From: a virus
Lineage: Duplodnaviria > Caudoviricetes
DNA length: 40,314 nucleotides
Virus record (IMG/VR): IMGVR_UViG_3300025296_000044
Location: 1 to 40,314 of that record
Direction: 5' to 3' (one strand)
Shown here: in pieces, positions 18,201-27,156 of the stretch
How positions within the stretch are numbered: the first letter of the stretch is position 1
Layout: every line of letters starts with the position of its first letter
Translations under genes and position numbers: made by a program
Notes under the pieces: generated by a model
Databases searched by the model: none
Told to the model about the DNA's origin: nothing
What the model saw: the letters and a program-made list of their open reading frames with translations, nothing else

Positions 18201-19128
18201 CACCTCCAAACATAAGAGTTGATTTCAGTGCAGTTCTCCAAGGACCACTATCCATATCATTTTCATCTTCAAGACGATTTATATATTTATCAATATCCTC
18301 TCCAAATACATAGTTGCCACCAAAAGCTCCTGCTCCTGCCCCTAGTGAAGCAATAGGATTATCCAATATAATTGGTTTGTAAACATATTTTCTTTTAAGG
18401 TCTTCATATTTTTGTGAGGCAGGTTGAAATTTTCCATAGTAAAAAGACTTGACACTATTTGTCAAGCTGGTTGTGTCAATACCTGTAAGTTCTTTTACAA
18501 CAGCTTGAGGATTATCAGTAAGTTGTTTGGGTGTTTTTGCTGCTATGAAACTTCCCAGAGCACCGGCAGGAAGACCAATGGCAGGAGCCAATACCGTCCC
18601 TGCCGCCATTCCTGTGATAGTATTAAAAACTCTATTGGAACTATCATTATCAACATAGGCTGTTAGACCACCAATTCCTCCCCACATAAAACCAGTACCG
18701 GCAAGTCTTTTGGCTTTCTGCCATTTAGTAAATTTATATCCTGCCTTGGCTAATTGAGCAGCTTTACTGGCAGGAGTTAGCCATCCTACAGGATCAAGAA
18801 ACATAGAACCAAAGTAAGTCCACTTTATATCAGCGCCCCATTCTGGATGTTCCATAAGTTTAGTGAGTAGTTTTTGATCAACGGCCATATCTACTTTATC
18901 AAATCCAGCCATTTGTTTGATGCCTCTATAGGAATCAGTTACACCCAATGTAGCGGCAAACATCATTGCATCTTCACGATCATACTCAGAAGCTTTTTCC
19001 TCCAGACCTCCACTAAACTGTCCAGCAATAGCATCAAGATCATTTTCAGTTTTATCAGAAAGTAAATCTTGAACTCTTATAGTAGGAATAGGTTGAAGAG
19101 ATTCCATTTGTTCTTGCAGAGAAGCCAT
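15292..19128 (-). CDS. Large internal virion (ejection) protein
   Basis: 1278 aa, helical, with Gly/Ala-rich hydrophobic segments near the N-terminus. Last of a run of genes after the tail genes, as for podoviral ejection proteins. Confidence 0.65.
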   Translation of the reverse strand: MASLQEQMESLQPIPTIRVQDLLSDKTENDLDAIAGQFSGGLEEKASEYDREDAMMFAATLGVTDSYRGIKQMAGFDKVDMAVDQKLLTKLMEHPEWGADIKWTYFGSMFLDPVGWLTPASKAAQLAKAGYKFTKWQKAKRLAGTGFMWGGIGGLTAYVDNDSSNRVFNTITGMAAGTVLAPAIGLPAGALGSFIAAKTPKQLTDNPQAVVKELTGIDTTSLTNSVKSFYYGKFQPASQKYEDLKRKYVYKPIILDNPIASLGAGAGAFGGNYVFGEDIDKYINRLEDENDMDSGPWRTALKSTLMFGGAALGFGAAKKIKIKGQSAQDFIGRRVIDNYKLSDEFVKLHEGAFLDFNDVAYKFTDIAERAKALSVNEKQILYYFLDGQVDNIAGLSKEAREIGSEARELIQETGQRMVDAGMLKPSTFHENMNTYIHRTYGEKLSPEFRKAIGVEVREILTKATDESRHGLVGVELMARGHPIPIPAKETGRIANLEKQGYKKLGKVKNGIQTLRKQLTAKERKALNEIEDAAFAIKATGDLMINDLAVYKFYSDINTKFGYMDNAELKRLLKISKSKKASKDEKAFARSMYKAYKDSGKKTFEQLSPEEQADMFHFKHGNKIKKTGLERYGDLAGKYIPKDMADAIKVQREFSQGEGFLGWLYHGKGHLPDFFRSYRRYNSMWKRSKTSWNPTVHTNNTVSNFFLLDMHNVPFGTFADHGFKVFTKKGQDNLNKLDLGFGESNTYEDLVRLGVFDASLAKAELRVGQEDWKTVYAREFLRVQLKRKKVTADTDDPIADIEDTLEMSNNIAGRTYQKYVDWLDKTKIGEGVIGKKTRGKEFLKNPMKWADKGLTDLYQREDQMFRVALYIDRVQKRIPELKQFKKGSSEYNNAIEQIKRSAAKEAKKGFIDYNIQAPFINFLRDTGLPFFSYTYRVIPMLAKTATLNPAKFAKWASIGYALDYAGRERSKKETEYERALMDEKRLARAFGLPVMPPTFLKMGDPLRGAEQFAQQRFDYALGWGLDRDVEGNKLPQTSYYLDTTRFLPGGDALGQTTPEQGGRIAGLPAPFQPSFGLAGELFMPMILGIDPFTGRELSENAWERFHFTLARLVPNNPLLGFSGLQKLFGSDERNDFYDSWAHKKIMNALERRPDSSAYAPDLPVLMALAQTVGIKIWPIDKEKLTAVFTNEFKTEVKELKALIKKKEKDVFKYYGTELYKNKEEEAKEAVKELVERMEDILINARIVQAKRFKRRERKFGEVPADIVESISETVREILD

Positions 19129-20294
19129 TATGGAGCCATCTCTTGAGCAGCTAAATCATATTGTTCTGCAAGGTAATCATAAATAGCATCCCTTGCTTTT
19201 TGTTCATTACCAGAAAGCCATCCCTGTCTATTAGAATAAGCAGTAAATAAACGATCTCTAAGCCTTTCTAAATGTTCTCTCCTATCTATAGGAGGATCAA
19301 GACTAAGAGCATTTACAATTTCTGATGCAAAATAGTCTTGATTAAAAGTATTATATAAATGGTTAGTAGCTTCTGTAGACATTATTTGTGTAGATGAAAC
19401 AGGTCGTCCCCCACTGGGAGGAGGATTCATTTTTTGATCTATACCAGTATCCATCATATTTTTAACTGCATTATGTATTTGATTGGTATCATCGGCAATT
19501 GCTTTTGTAATTTCTGGTGATGTACGTCCTTGATATTGTCTAAGTAGCTGTACCATAATTCTTTCATTAACGTCTGCACTATTTACAATAGTAAGTATTG
19601 CATCTGGACTATCTTTAGAAATACCCGCTTTTTTTAATATATCCATAGCTAGTTTACTGCTTTCATTCACTGTGTAACTACCCAATTCATCTGGAAAACG
19701 ACCTATAGTATCTCTTTTTTCATTAATAAGAGACATATATCCGGCAAGTTGAAATCGAGTTGCCATTTGTCGTCCTTTACCTTCTGCATATTCTCTTGCC
19801 AATACCATATCGCTAAGAGGAGTATTATTAAATACTACCATTCGTTTTTCCCTTAGTTCTTCAGGATTTTCTGCTGTAACATTTATTAAAGAAGTAACAA
19901 CTCTATGCAAAGCATTTCTTGCTTTATCTCCTTCTGTTAGGTCTTTAGGTTTTATATTAGCAATACCATATCCTGTACCTCCAACATTAAAAGGCATTCC
20001 TTCTCCTGTTGTAAAGATATCATAACCTGCTCCTTGAGCAGCAGCTAAATTAGAAATAGTGGTAGGATTAAAAACTGTTCCCATTTTCTTTGCAAGACTA
20101 TTTTTGTCTTCTGGAGAAACATCCCGCATAATTTTTGAGTTTTCAAAAAGTTGATTAAAAACAGTTACATTATTCTCTAATCTAATTTCTCTGTCAGCTT
20201 CTGCTGCTCTTAATCGGGCCAGTCTTGGACCTTCTATTGCACTATAGGTTTGTGCAAAACCGCTGGCAAAGCCTAGTAACGCATCACTTACCAT
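19128..20294 (-). CDS. Putative internal virion protein
   Basis: N-terminal LLGFASGFAQ amphipathic segment and synteny. Confidence 0.55.
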   Translation of the reverse strand: MVSDALLGFASGFAQTYSAIEGPRLARLRAAEADREIRLENNVTVFNQLFENSKIMRDVSPEDKNSLAKKMGTVFNPTTISNLAAAQGAGYDIFTTGEGMPFNVGGTGYGIANIKPKDLTEGDKARNALHRVVTSLINVTAENPEELREKRMVVFNNTPLSDMVLAREYAEGKGRQMATRFQLAGYMSLINEKRDTIGRFPDELGSYTVNESSKLAMDILKKAGISKDSPDAILTIVNSADVNERIMVQLLRQYQGRTSPEITKAIADDTNQIHNAVKNMMDTGIDQKMNPPPSGGRPVSSTQIMSTEATNHLYNTFNQDYFASEIVNALSLDPPIDRREHLERLRDRLFTAYSNRQGWLSGNEQKARDAIYDYLAEQYDLAAQEMAP

Positions 20295-20295
20295 C

Positions 20296-21117
20296 TTATA
20301 TTTCCTCTTCCATATCTAGAAAACTTCCCATGACAGGCTCTGGTTCCATCTCTGTCTCTTCCATACTGGGCATTCTCTTGATCATATTTGCTTCTTCTTT
20401 AATTGCACTAAATTCTTCAGGTTTTAATTCTTCCATGATATCCAGAACTGTTTCTTCACTTACCTCATCATCATCAAAGTCATTAAAGATTCTTGCAGTA
20501 AATCCTTCTTCCTGTGCATCTGCAACAAGATCAAGCATTAGAGGAATTACTAGAAGCTCACTAATATCAGGAGTCCAGAGTCCTTCCACAAATCCTTTAA
20601 AAGAAGTTGTTCTGGCAATGGCTTCTGCTGGTACTCCCGCATACATAAGTTTAAGAGTATTTTCTCTAGTTGGTGATTGATTTCTATTTTCTGATACAAA
20701 ATCAAAAGCATCCACAATACTTTCTATTTCAGGAGGAGTTTCCCAAGCATACTTTCCTAGTGTACCCCGATCTTGATTCTCTAAATCACCTGTCAGACTG
20801 GAACCCGGAACACTGGAAGAGATAAAGCTAGTAGGGTCTTCATCAGTATTTTCTTGAATATCTAAATTATCTGTAATATTATCATATTCTCCTTGATTTT
20901 CTTTGAAGTTTTTAATATCTTGTTTGTCTGCCTCTATCAGTTCTTCAACTTCTTCTAGACCTCCTTGAAATCTGGACATGACTTGAGACATAACAGATTG
21001 CATCTGCTCTAGTCCTACTTGTTGAAGAGGATCAGTTTGAGGCATCATGGGAGGTTCTGGCTGTCCTCCTGCCATATCAAGAAATCCCATACCTGCATCT
21101 TCCATTTGTTCTGGCAT
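20296..21117 (-). CDS. Acidic virion-associated protein
   Basis: PGSSLT...AWETPP and GFVEGLWTPD motifs, in the internal-protein cluster. Confidence 0.6.
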   Translation of the reverse strand: MPEQMEDAGMGFLDMAGGQPEPPMMPQTDPLQQVGLEQMQSVMSQVMSRFQGGLEEVEELIEADKQDIKNFKENQGEYDNITDNLDIQENTDEDPTSFISSSVPGSSLTGDLENQDRGTLGKYAWETPPEIESIVDAFDFVSENRNQSPTRENTLKLMYAGVPAEAIARTTSFKGFVEGLWTPDISELLVIPLMLDLVADAQEEGFTARIFNDFDDDEVSEETVLDIMEELKPEEFSAIKEEANMIKRMPSMEETEMEPEPVMGSFLDMEEEI

Positions 21118-21129
21118 ATTATTTTATCC

Positions 21130-23190
21130 TCATGAAAGTAATCCACTATAGTTTACTCTGAAGTATCCATCATCTGCCATCATAACAAGATCAGGACGAT
21201 ACTCAATAAGTTCTTGTGCCAATACTCCAACTGTAGGTTGATTATTAACACCTATCTTCTCTGCAACCTCATTCCATTCCCATTCGTAGAGATCAATAGT
21301 AGAATTAAATTCTCCAATCTTTTCTATATTAGTTTTAAGTCTAATATCAGAAAAAAGACCAGCAACAGCAGCACCTCCAGCTTTACTTGCTAAAAATCCT
21401 CCAGCAATAGAACCTATGGCACCAAAGATACCTGCTGTTTTGGATGCACTTTGATTACCTCTGGCAATAGCTGCCTGTTGAGCAAGAGCAGCCGTTGCCG
21501 CTTCTCTGTCCAAGGCACTTTCAACTGACTGGAAAATAAACGCTGCATCATCTCTGCGTTTTTGCCAAAGAGCATTATATTCCTTCTCTCTTAGCCCCAG
21601 AGTAGCCTGTGCGGCAAAAGAGTTAGAGGCCATTTGATTACCATTATTAATAGTAGCTATAGACCTGAACCAGTTAGCATTGGCTGCACGAATAGATGCA
21701 AGCTGATTAGAATTAAATGTTTCTCTAGATAATTCTTGATTTGCAATAAACTGATTAAATGCATTTGTTTCCCCTGCATTGAACTGTCTAATAGCTGTGG
21801 TTCTATTTGCGTTGGCTTCTGATACAGAGTTCTCCAGAGTTGAAAAAAACTGTTCAACCTGATTTGTGGAGGTTGCATTAAACTGTCTGGCTGCATTTTC
21901 TGCTGCCTGATTATTAAATAATTTTTGTGTAAAAGCATTAAAGCTTAATGTATTGGAAGCTTGTTTATTATTAAGATTTGCTGTATCTATGGCAAGAAAA
22001 TTCTGAGCATTATTTACTGCTCCTGTAAGTCTGGCATTAAGATTTTGTGTTCTCATTGCAGCAAGCATACTTGCATTCTGTAATGCCGTTGCTTGCCTAT
22101 TACTAAGATTTGATAATTGTATTCTTCCATAAGCCTCTGCATCTGCACTGGCAATGGGTAATCCGGCCTCAATGAGAGCTTGTGTTCTGGCAGATGCTGC
22201 CATAGAAGAAGCTCCCAGACCTCTTTGTAACATGAGAGAATCTGCATTTCTGGCAGCAGGTGCAGCCCATAGAGGTAGAGGTTGTCCCTCTTTAATAGAA
22301 TCTGTTATTTCTCCCAGTTGAAACTGAAGTGTGGCTCTCTGATCAAGTTCTCCCGTTGCAGCCACTGCCAGTTCTTCCGTGGGTATGGCTTCTTGTATAT
22401 CTCCAATAGTTCTGGTGGGTGCTGCCAATTGGGCAGCGGCAGCTTCTCCTGTATCTGCTATTTGTGCAGCAGTGGCCGTTGCTGCTGGTACTCTGGTAGG
22501 AGCAGCAGTAGTTACACCCGTTGTTGCTACTTGTTGTGCAGGAGCAATGGTAGGAGCCGTAGCAACTCCCAATCCTTGATCTGAAACAAGCTCATCTTGT
22601 CCAGCAGTGAAACTGGGTACTTCTACAGTAGGAGCAGTGGGCACAGTAGGAATAGCCAATTCTGGTGGAGTAGTCTGTTCAGCCGCTCTAATAGCTGCTG
22701 CACCACCCACTCTGGGAGCAAACTGTACAGGATCAAGGGTTTGCTGTCCCTGTTGTGCAGCAGTTGCAGTTCTACTTCCCGGTATCGCATCAAACTGTTC
22801 ATTTGTAAATGCGGGTAAACCAAATTCCCGTCTTTGTGCATTAATTGAAGCTCTTAATCTGTCTGTAATTGCAGCACTTCCAAATCGAGGGTCTGCTGGT
22901 TGAGGACCAGTTACAGTTGATCCCGTATCTTCAATAGGTATAAGACCTTGAATTTGTGCCTGTCGTCGTGGCGATAGCTGGGAAAATCTTAGTGCTTGAT
23001 CAACCTGTGGATCACCACCCTGATAACTCCTAACACCTTCCACAGCTTCCTGACCACTACCGCCCATAGACTTCAGATGAGCAGCTTCCTCTTCATTAAT
23101 GAAAGCTATCTGCTCACCTTCCGGTGCATTCTTTTCCAGCCATTCAATAGCCTTCTTTACATAGGCGGGAGTGTTTTTTGTTTTAGCCAT
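21130..23190 (-). CDS. Internal virion protein with C-terminal peptidase S74 intramolecular chaperone domain
   Basis: Ala/Gln/Asn-rich coiled coil, a glycine zipper, then FSDIRLKTNI...YEWEW...GVLAQEL...GYFRVNY. Confidence 0.75.
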   Translation of the reverse strand: MAKTKNTPAYVKKAIEWLEKNAPEGEQIAFINEEEAAHLKSMGGSGQEAVEGVRSYQGGDPQVDQALRFSQLSPRRQAQIQGLIPIEDTGSTVTGPQPADPRFGSAAITDRLRASINAQRREFGLPAFTNEQFDAIPGSRTATAAQQGQQTLDPVQFAPRVGGAAAIRAAEQTTPPELAIPTVPTAPTVEVPSFTAGQDELVSDQGLGVATAPTIAPAQQVATTGVTTAAPTRVPAATATAAQIADTGEAAAAQLAAPTRTIGDIQEAIPTEELAVAATGELDQRATLQFQLGEITDSIKEGQPLPLWAAPAARNADSLMLQRGLGASSMAASARTQALIEAGLPIASADAEAYGRIQLSNLSNRQATALQNASMLAAMRTQNLNARLTGAVNNAQNFLAIDTANLNNKQASNTLSFNAFTQKLFNNQAAENAARQFNATSTNQVEQFFSTLENSVSEANANRTTAIRQFNAGETNAFNQFIANQELSRETFNSNQLASIRAANANWFRSIATINNGNQMASNSFAAQATLGLREKEYNALWQKRRDDAAFIFQSVESALDREAATAALAQQAAIARGNQSASKTAGIFGAIGSIAGGFLASKAGGAAVAGLFSDIRLKTNIEKIGEFNSTIDLYEWEWNEVAEKIGVNNQPTVGVLAQELIEYRPDLVMMADDGYFRVNYSGLLS

Positions 23191-23211
23191 TATTGTTTAC
23201 CTTTATAGTTA

Positions 23212-23517
23212 TTAAACGTCTGACGCCCCGTCAAATACATCTTCAGTCTTGAGTTTAGTATAGGCCAGTGCAATAAGATTACTGCCAGTCTCATCACCCA
23301 CAGCATAGGCATACTTAAACTTGTCTATGGAAGGACAAGGAACAACTTCAGGAGCAGTTTTTGCCCTTTCATCTGCATCTTTATATACGGATACATCTAC
23401 CATGAGAAACCAATTATCTGCATTATCTTTTCTACATAGACGAGCATTCGTCACACGAACATATCCGTTGTTATGAGTGATACCGCCCTGTAGAGGAATG
23501 TTTACTTGTAGTGCCAT
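23212..23517 (-). CDS. Small tail-fibre-associated protein, possible chaperone
   Basis: Directly downstream of the fibre gene. Ends AYTKLKTEDVFDGASDV. Confidence 0.55.
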   Translation of the reverse strand: MALQVNIPLQGGITHNNGYVRVTNARLCRKDNADNWFLMVDVSVYKDADERAKTAPEVVPCPSIDKFKYAYAVGDETGSNLIALAYTKLKTEDVFDGASDV

Positions 23518-23532
23518 AGTTTATCCTTTCTC

Positions 23533-26500
23533 TTATATACTTACTGGAAGAGCGGGAAGATTTTGTTCTGCCAGCTTATCATTTAATTTTTTACTAAATC
23601 CGGGGAGCATTTCATCGCAGATTTCTCTCATAGTTTGAATTATTGACCACTGTTGCCAAATAGCTCCATTATGCAATCGTTGTAATTGAGATGCATTAAA
23701 TAATGGTCTTGCTCCATTTGCCTCATCTTCTTCCGACATTCTTGAAATTAAACCAGCAGCAATTAATTGTTCTTTTCTATCTTCACTATTTATGAAATCG
23801 TCCCATTTACTTTTAATAATGGATGAAGGATCAGCAAATTCCATATCAAATACTCTACAAACTGCTGTATCTGAAAAAGCATCCAATGCTGTATGTGCGT
23901 CGGTAGTTTGATGAACATCTCCATTACCTTTAAGCAACCATCTGGTAGTACTTCCGTTTCCCATTGCAACTATATTGCCGGTAGAACCATGAGTAGTATT
24001 ACCAGTGCCATCTTTGATTAGAGGAAATAGCCATATATTGGCAGTAGAATTGCTCGTATCGTCGGTTGTCTCCCCAGTAGCCACAGTTAAAATTCTTTGA
24101 GCAATAGTTCCTTCAGACAGAGCTAGAGTTTGCGCACCGCCCGGAGCGCCATCATATTTACTAATCTGATAGTAAGTATCGGTCTCTGCACTACCCGTTA
24201 CACCATGAGCCACATCAGAAGATTTTAAAGATAATATGGCATCATCGTTATGTGCTTGGTTTATTGTCAATGCTGCACCGGCTGCGCCAGTATTCGCAGT
24301 ATCAGATAAAAACAATCGTTGATCCGACAAACGCATCTCCTCAGTACCCTGCGATGTCCAACCCAATATTCCTGCGGATACCCAAAACATCCCCGTATCA
24401 GTATCAGATGTGAATGTATATGATGGTGACCCTGCACTACCGTCTCCTGTCCCAATAGTGGTAGCAGTCAGTGCTTGTGCAGCAATTGTACTGCCAGACT
24501 GTGCAGTGAAAGTATTTGCAGTAAACTGAAAGTCATCAGCACCAGCAATACGAATGTCTATTTGATCATCTGTATCTGCTGTAATGCTTGTATCTTGATC
24601 AGCATCAAGAATAAGTTCACCAGCATTCATGTCTATTGTGTTAGTTCCAGCATTCAAAAATGATCCAGTAGATGTAATTGACCATTTTGTAGCGGCTGCT
24701 TCAGAAGAACCTGTCATAAAATCTAATGAAGTTGCGTTGGAACTAGAACTGAAATCTCCTTCTGATCTTGCTTGAATTGCAGCAGCAACTAGAACAGCAT
24801 CTGTACCTGTGCCTTCATCGGGTGCTTGAAATGCAATTTTACCCATTACATCATCAGCAGCCATATCTGTTTCACCAGTTTGTAAAGTGAGAACTATAGG
24901 TTTATCATCAGCAGTAGCAGTATGTTTAAGATTTAATCCTGTATCATGTACATGAGTTAGAGTAATTTCAGAGTTAGCACCAAATGTTAATACAGCAGCA
25001 TCTGATATTAAACCTAAATCATCACTGATAGTTGCATCACCAGTAACAGCCAATGTAGAACCATCAAAGGTTAAATTACCTTCTGCATCCAATTCTGTAG
25101 TTGTAGAACCTATAGTTACAAGTTCATTTGCTGTAGCATTATTAATTGCTGTGACAGCACCAGAAGAAGCCGTTGACCAACTCAATGTACCACTACCATC
25201 AGTTTTTATAACTTGATTTGCTGAACCATCAGCATTAGGTAATGTCCATGTAACATTGGCAGAAATACTATCTGGAGCTTTAAATCCAATATAATGTGCT
25301 CCATTTGCAGCCAGTTCCTGAAACTGTAAAGGAGTAGTATTACCGGAACTTGTTCCATGAGGTGCCAATGAAACACCTGTTGAAGCTACAATTGCCGTAG
25401 TATCATTTCCATCTTCATCATATTCAATAGAGAAATCTTGATCACTTCCTAAATAAATTTTCTTATCATCTGCAATATATAAATCACCAAATTCCAGACT
25501 GGTTGAACCTAAATCTGCTCCACCTGATGCATCAGGTACAAAAGCAGTACTGGCAGTAATAGTGGTAGCTTCAAGAGTTCCAGAACCAGTAACATTGGCA
25601 CCACTGAAAGTAAGGGCAGTAGTAGTACCAGATTTAATAATTAAATTACCACTTGAATTAGTAGCACTACCAAATGTCGTACCATCATCTTTAAAGAAAA
25701 TATCTCCACCACCTGCATCAAGAGTAATATCAGTACCGGCATCAATGGTAGCTAAAGCAGAAGAGGATATCGTAAGGTCTGTCCCATCGCCTTCTATTTT
25801 TTCACCATCATCACCAAACGTAAGACCAATATCTGTTGGTATGTTAATGTCACCACCAGAGCCAACAGTTATGCTTAAATCTGTACCATCAGATTCAATC
25901 TTTTCTGCTGTAGCGAAAGTAATGCCAACTCCACTAGGAATATTAACATCGGCAGTAGCTGTGAGGTTAATATTGTTACCACTAATTGTAAGGTCTGTTC
26001 CATCACCTTCAATCTTTTCGCCATCATCTCCAAACGTAACACCAATGTTTGCAGGAATATTAATATCACCGCTAGAGCCTACAGTAATTGTAAGATCAGT
26101 ACCATCAGATTCAATCTTTTCAGCAGTAGCAAACGTAAGGCCCACACCACTTGGAATATTTACATCAGACGTTGCAGTAAGGTTAATGTTATTACCTGAA
26201 ATAGTAAGGTCTGTTCCATCACCTTCAATTTTTTCTGCATCATCACCAAACGTAAGACCTACGTTAGCTGGAATATTAATATCTGTAGTAGCAGTAAGGT
26301 TTAGATCAGCACTTGCACTGATTGTCAAATCTGTACCATCACCCTCAATTTTCTCACCATCATCACCAAATGTAATACCAATGCTTGCAGGTACATTGAT
26401 ATCACCACCTGAACCTACAGTTATACTAAGGTCCGTACCATCAGATTCAATTTTCTCAGCCGTAGCAAAGGTAATTCCTACTCCGCTAGGAATATTAACG

Positions 26501-27156
26501 TCAGCAGTAGCAGTAAGATTAATGTTATTACCACTAATTGTAAGATCAGTGCCATCACCTTCAATCTTTTCCCCGTCATCTCCGAAAGTAAGACCGATAT
26601 CCGCTGGAATATTGATGTCTCCTCCACTACCGACTGTAATTGAAAGGTCTGTACCGTCTGACTCAATCTTTTCTGCCGTTGCAAATGTGACACCCACCCC
26701 ACTAGGAATATTAACATCAGCGGTGGCAGTAAGGTTGATATTATTACCTGTAATAGTAAGATCAGTGCCGTCCCCTTCAATCTTTTCCCCGTCATCGCCA
26801 AAGGTTATCCCTTTATTTGCAGCTACGTTGATATCTCCTGAATCAATAGTTGCAATCGTGGCACTTCCCGCAACGATAGTGATCGTATCACTATCCGTAT
26901 AACTGGGTGCTCCACCAGAAATACTAATCGTTTCCACAGAGATTTTAGTATCATTATCACTATCTGATAGCAATGCATTATATCCGCCCATTGCATCACC
27001 GCCATCATGTCTGTGACCACTGGAGCTTGTACTGCTTGTTTTTGCAAATGCAGTAAAGATTTCTGCAAATTCATTTGTGAAGTATGCAGCTTCAATTACA
27101 TTTCCAGTAGCTATACTACTGTATGTTGCAGTTTTATCGTAACCTTGAATAGCCAT
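23533..27156 (-). CDS. Tail fibre with internal tandem repeats
   Basis: N-terminal anchor NEF...GHRHDG, Gly/Thr/Asp-rich beta repeats, TWTLPNADGSANQVIKTDGSGTLSW fibre motif. Confidence 0.88.
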   Translation of the reverse strand: MAIQGYDKTATYSSIATGNVIEAAYFTNEFAEIFTAFAKTSSTSSSGHRHDGGDAMGGYNALLSDSDNDTKISVETISISGGAPSYTDSDTITIVAGSATIATIDSGDINVAANKGITFGDDGEKIEGDGTDLTITGNNINLTATADVNIPSGVGVTFATAEKIESDGTDLSITVGSGGDINIPADIGLTFGDDGEKIEGDGTDLTISGNNINLTATADVNIPSGVGITFATAEKIESDGTDLSITVGSGGDINVPASIGITFGDDGEKIEGDGTDLTISASADLNLTATTDINIPANVGLTFGDDAEKIEGDGTDLTISGNNINLTATSDVNIPSGVGLTFATAEKIESDGTDLTITVGSSGDINIPANIGVTFGDDGEKIEGDGTDLTISGNNINLTATADVNIPSGVGITFATAEKIESDGTDLSITVGSGGDINIPTDIGLTFGDDGEKIEGDGTDLTISSSALATIDAGTDITLDAGGGDIFFKDDGTTFGSATNSSGNLIIKSGTTTALTFSGANVTGSGTLEATTITASTAFVPDASGGADLGSTSLEFGDLYIADDKKIYLGSDQDFSIEYDEDGNDTTAIVASTGVSLAPHGTSSGNTTPLQFQELAANGAHYIGFKAPDSISANVTWTLPNADGSANQVIKTDGSGTLSWSTASSGAVTAINNATANELVTIGSTTTELDAEGNLTFDGSTLAVTGDATISDDLGLISDAAVLTFGANSEITLTHVHDTGLNLKHTATADDKPIVLTLQTGETDMAADDVMGKIAFQAPDEGTGTDAVLVAAAIQARSEGDFSSSSNATSLDFMTGSSEAAATKWSITSTGSFLNAGTNTIDMNAGELILDADQDTSITADTDDQIDIRIAGADDFQFTANTFTAQSGSTIAAQALTATTIGTGDGSAGSPSYTFTSDTDTGMFWVSAGILGWTSQGTEEMRLSDQRLFLSDTANTGAAGAALTINQAHNDDAILSLKSSDVAHGVTGSAETDTYYQISKYDGAPGGAQTLALSEGTIAQRILTVATGETTDDTSNSTANIWLFPLIKDGTGNTTHGSTGNIVAMGNGSTTRWLLKGNGDVHQTTDAHTALDAFSDTAVCRVFDMEFADPSSIIKSKWDDFINSEDRKEQLIAAGLISRMSEEDEANGARPLFNASQLQRLHNGAIWQQWSIIQTMREICDEMLPGFSKKLNDKLAEQNLPALPVSI
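25765..26811 (-). repeat. Ten tandem EKIExDGTDL units in the tail fibre
   Basis: Alternating 39-aa A and 33-aa B units in the order A-B-A-B-A'-A-B-A-B-A(partial). Confidence 0.92.

Noticed and set aside
25765-26811. Repeat array as a CRISPR or diversity-generating retroelement
   Set aside because: The repeats are in-frame coding units without unique spacers, and no reverse transcriptase is present.
25562-26902. 446-aa ORF on the + strand
   Set aside because: Antisense shadow of the tail fibre repeats, with no RBS and opposite to the operon direction.
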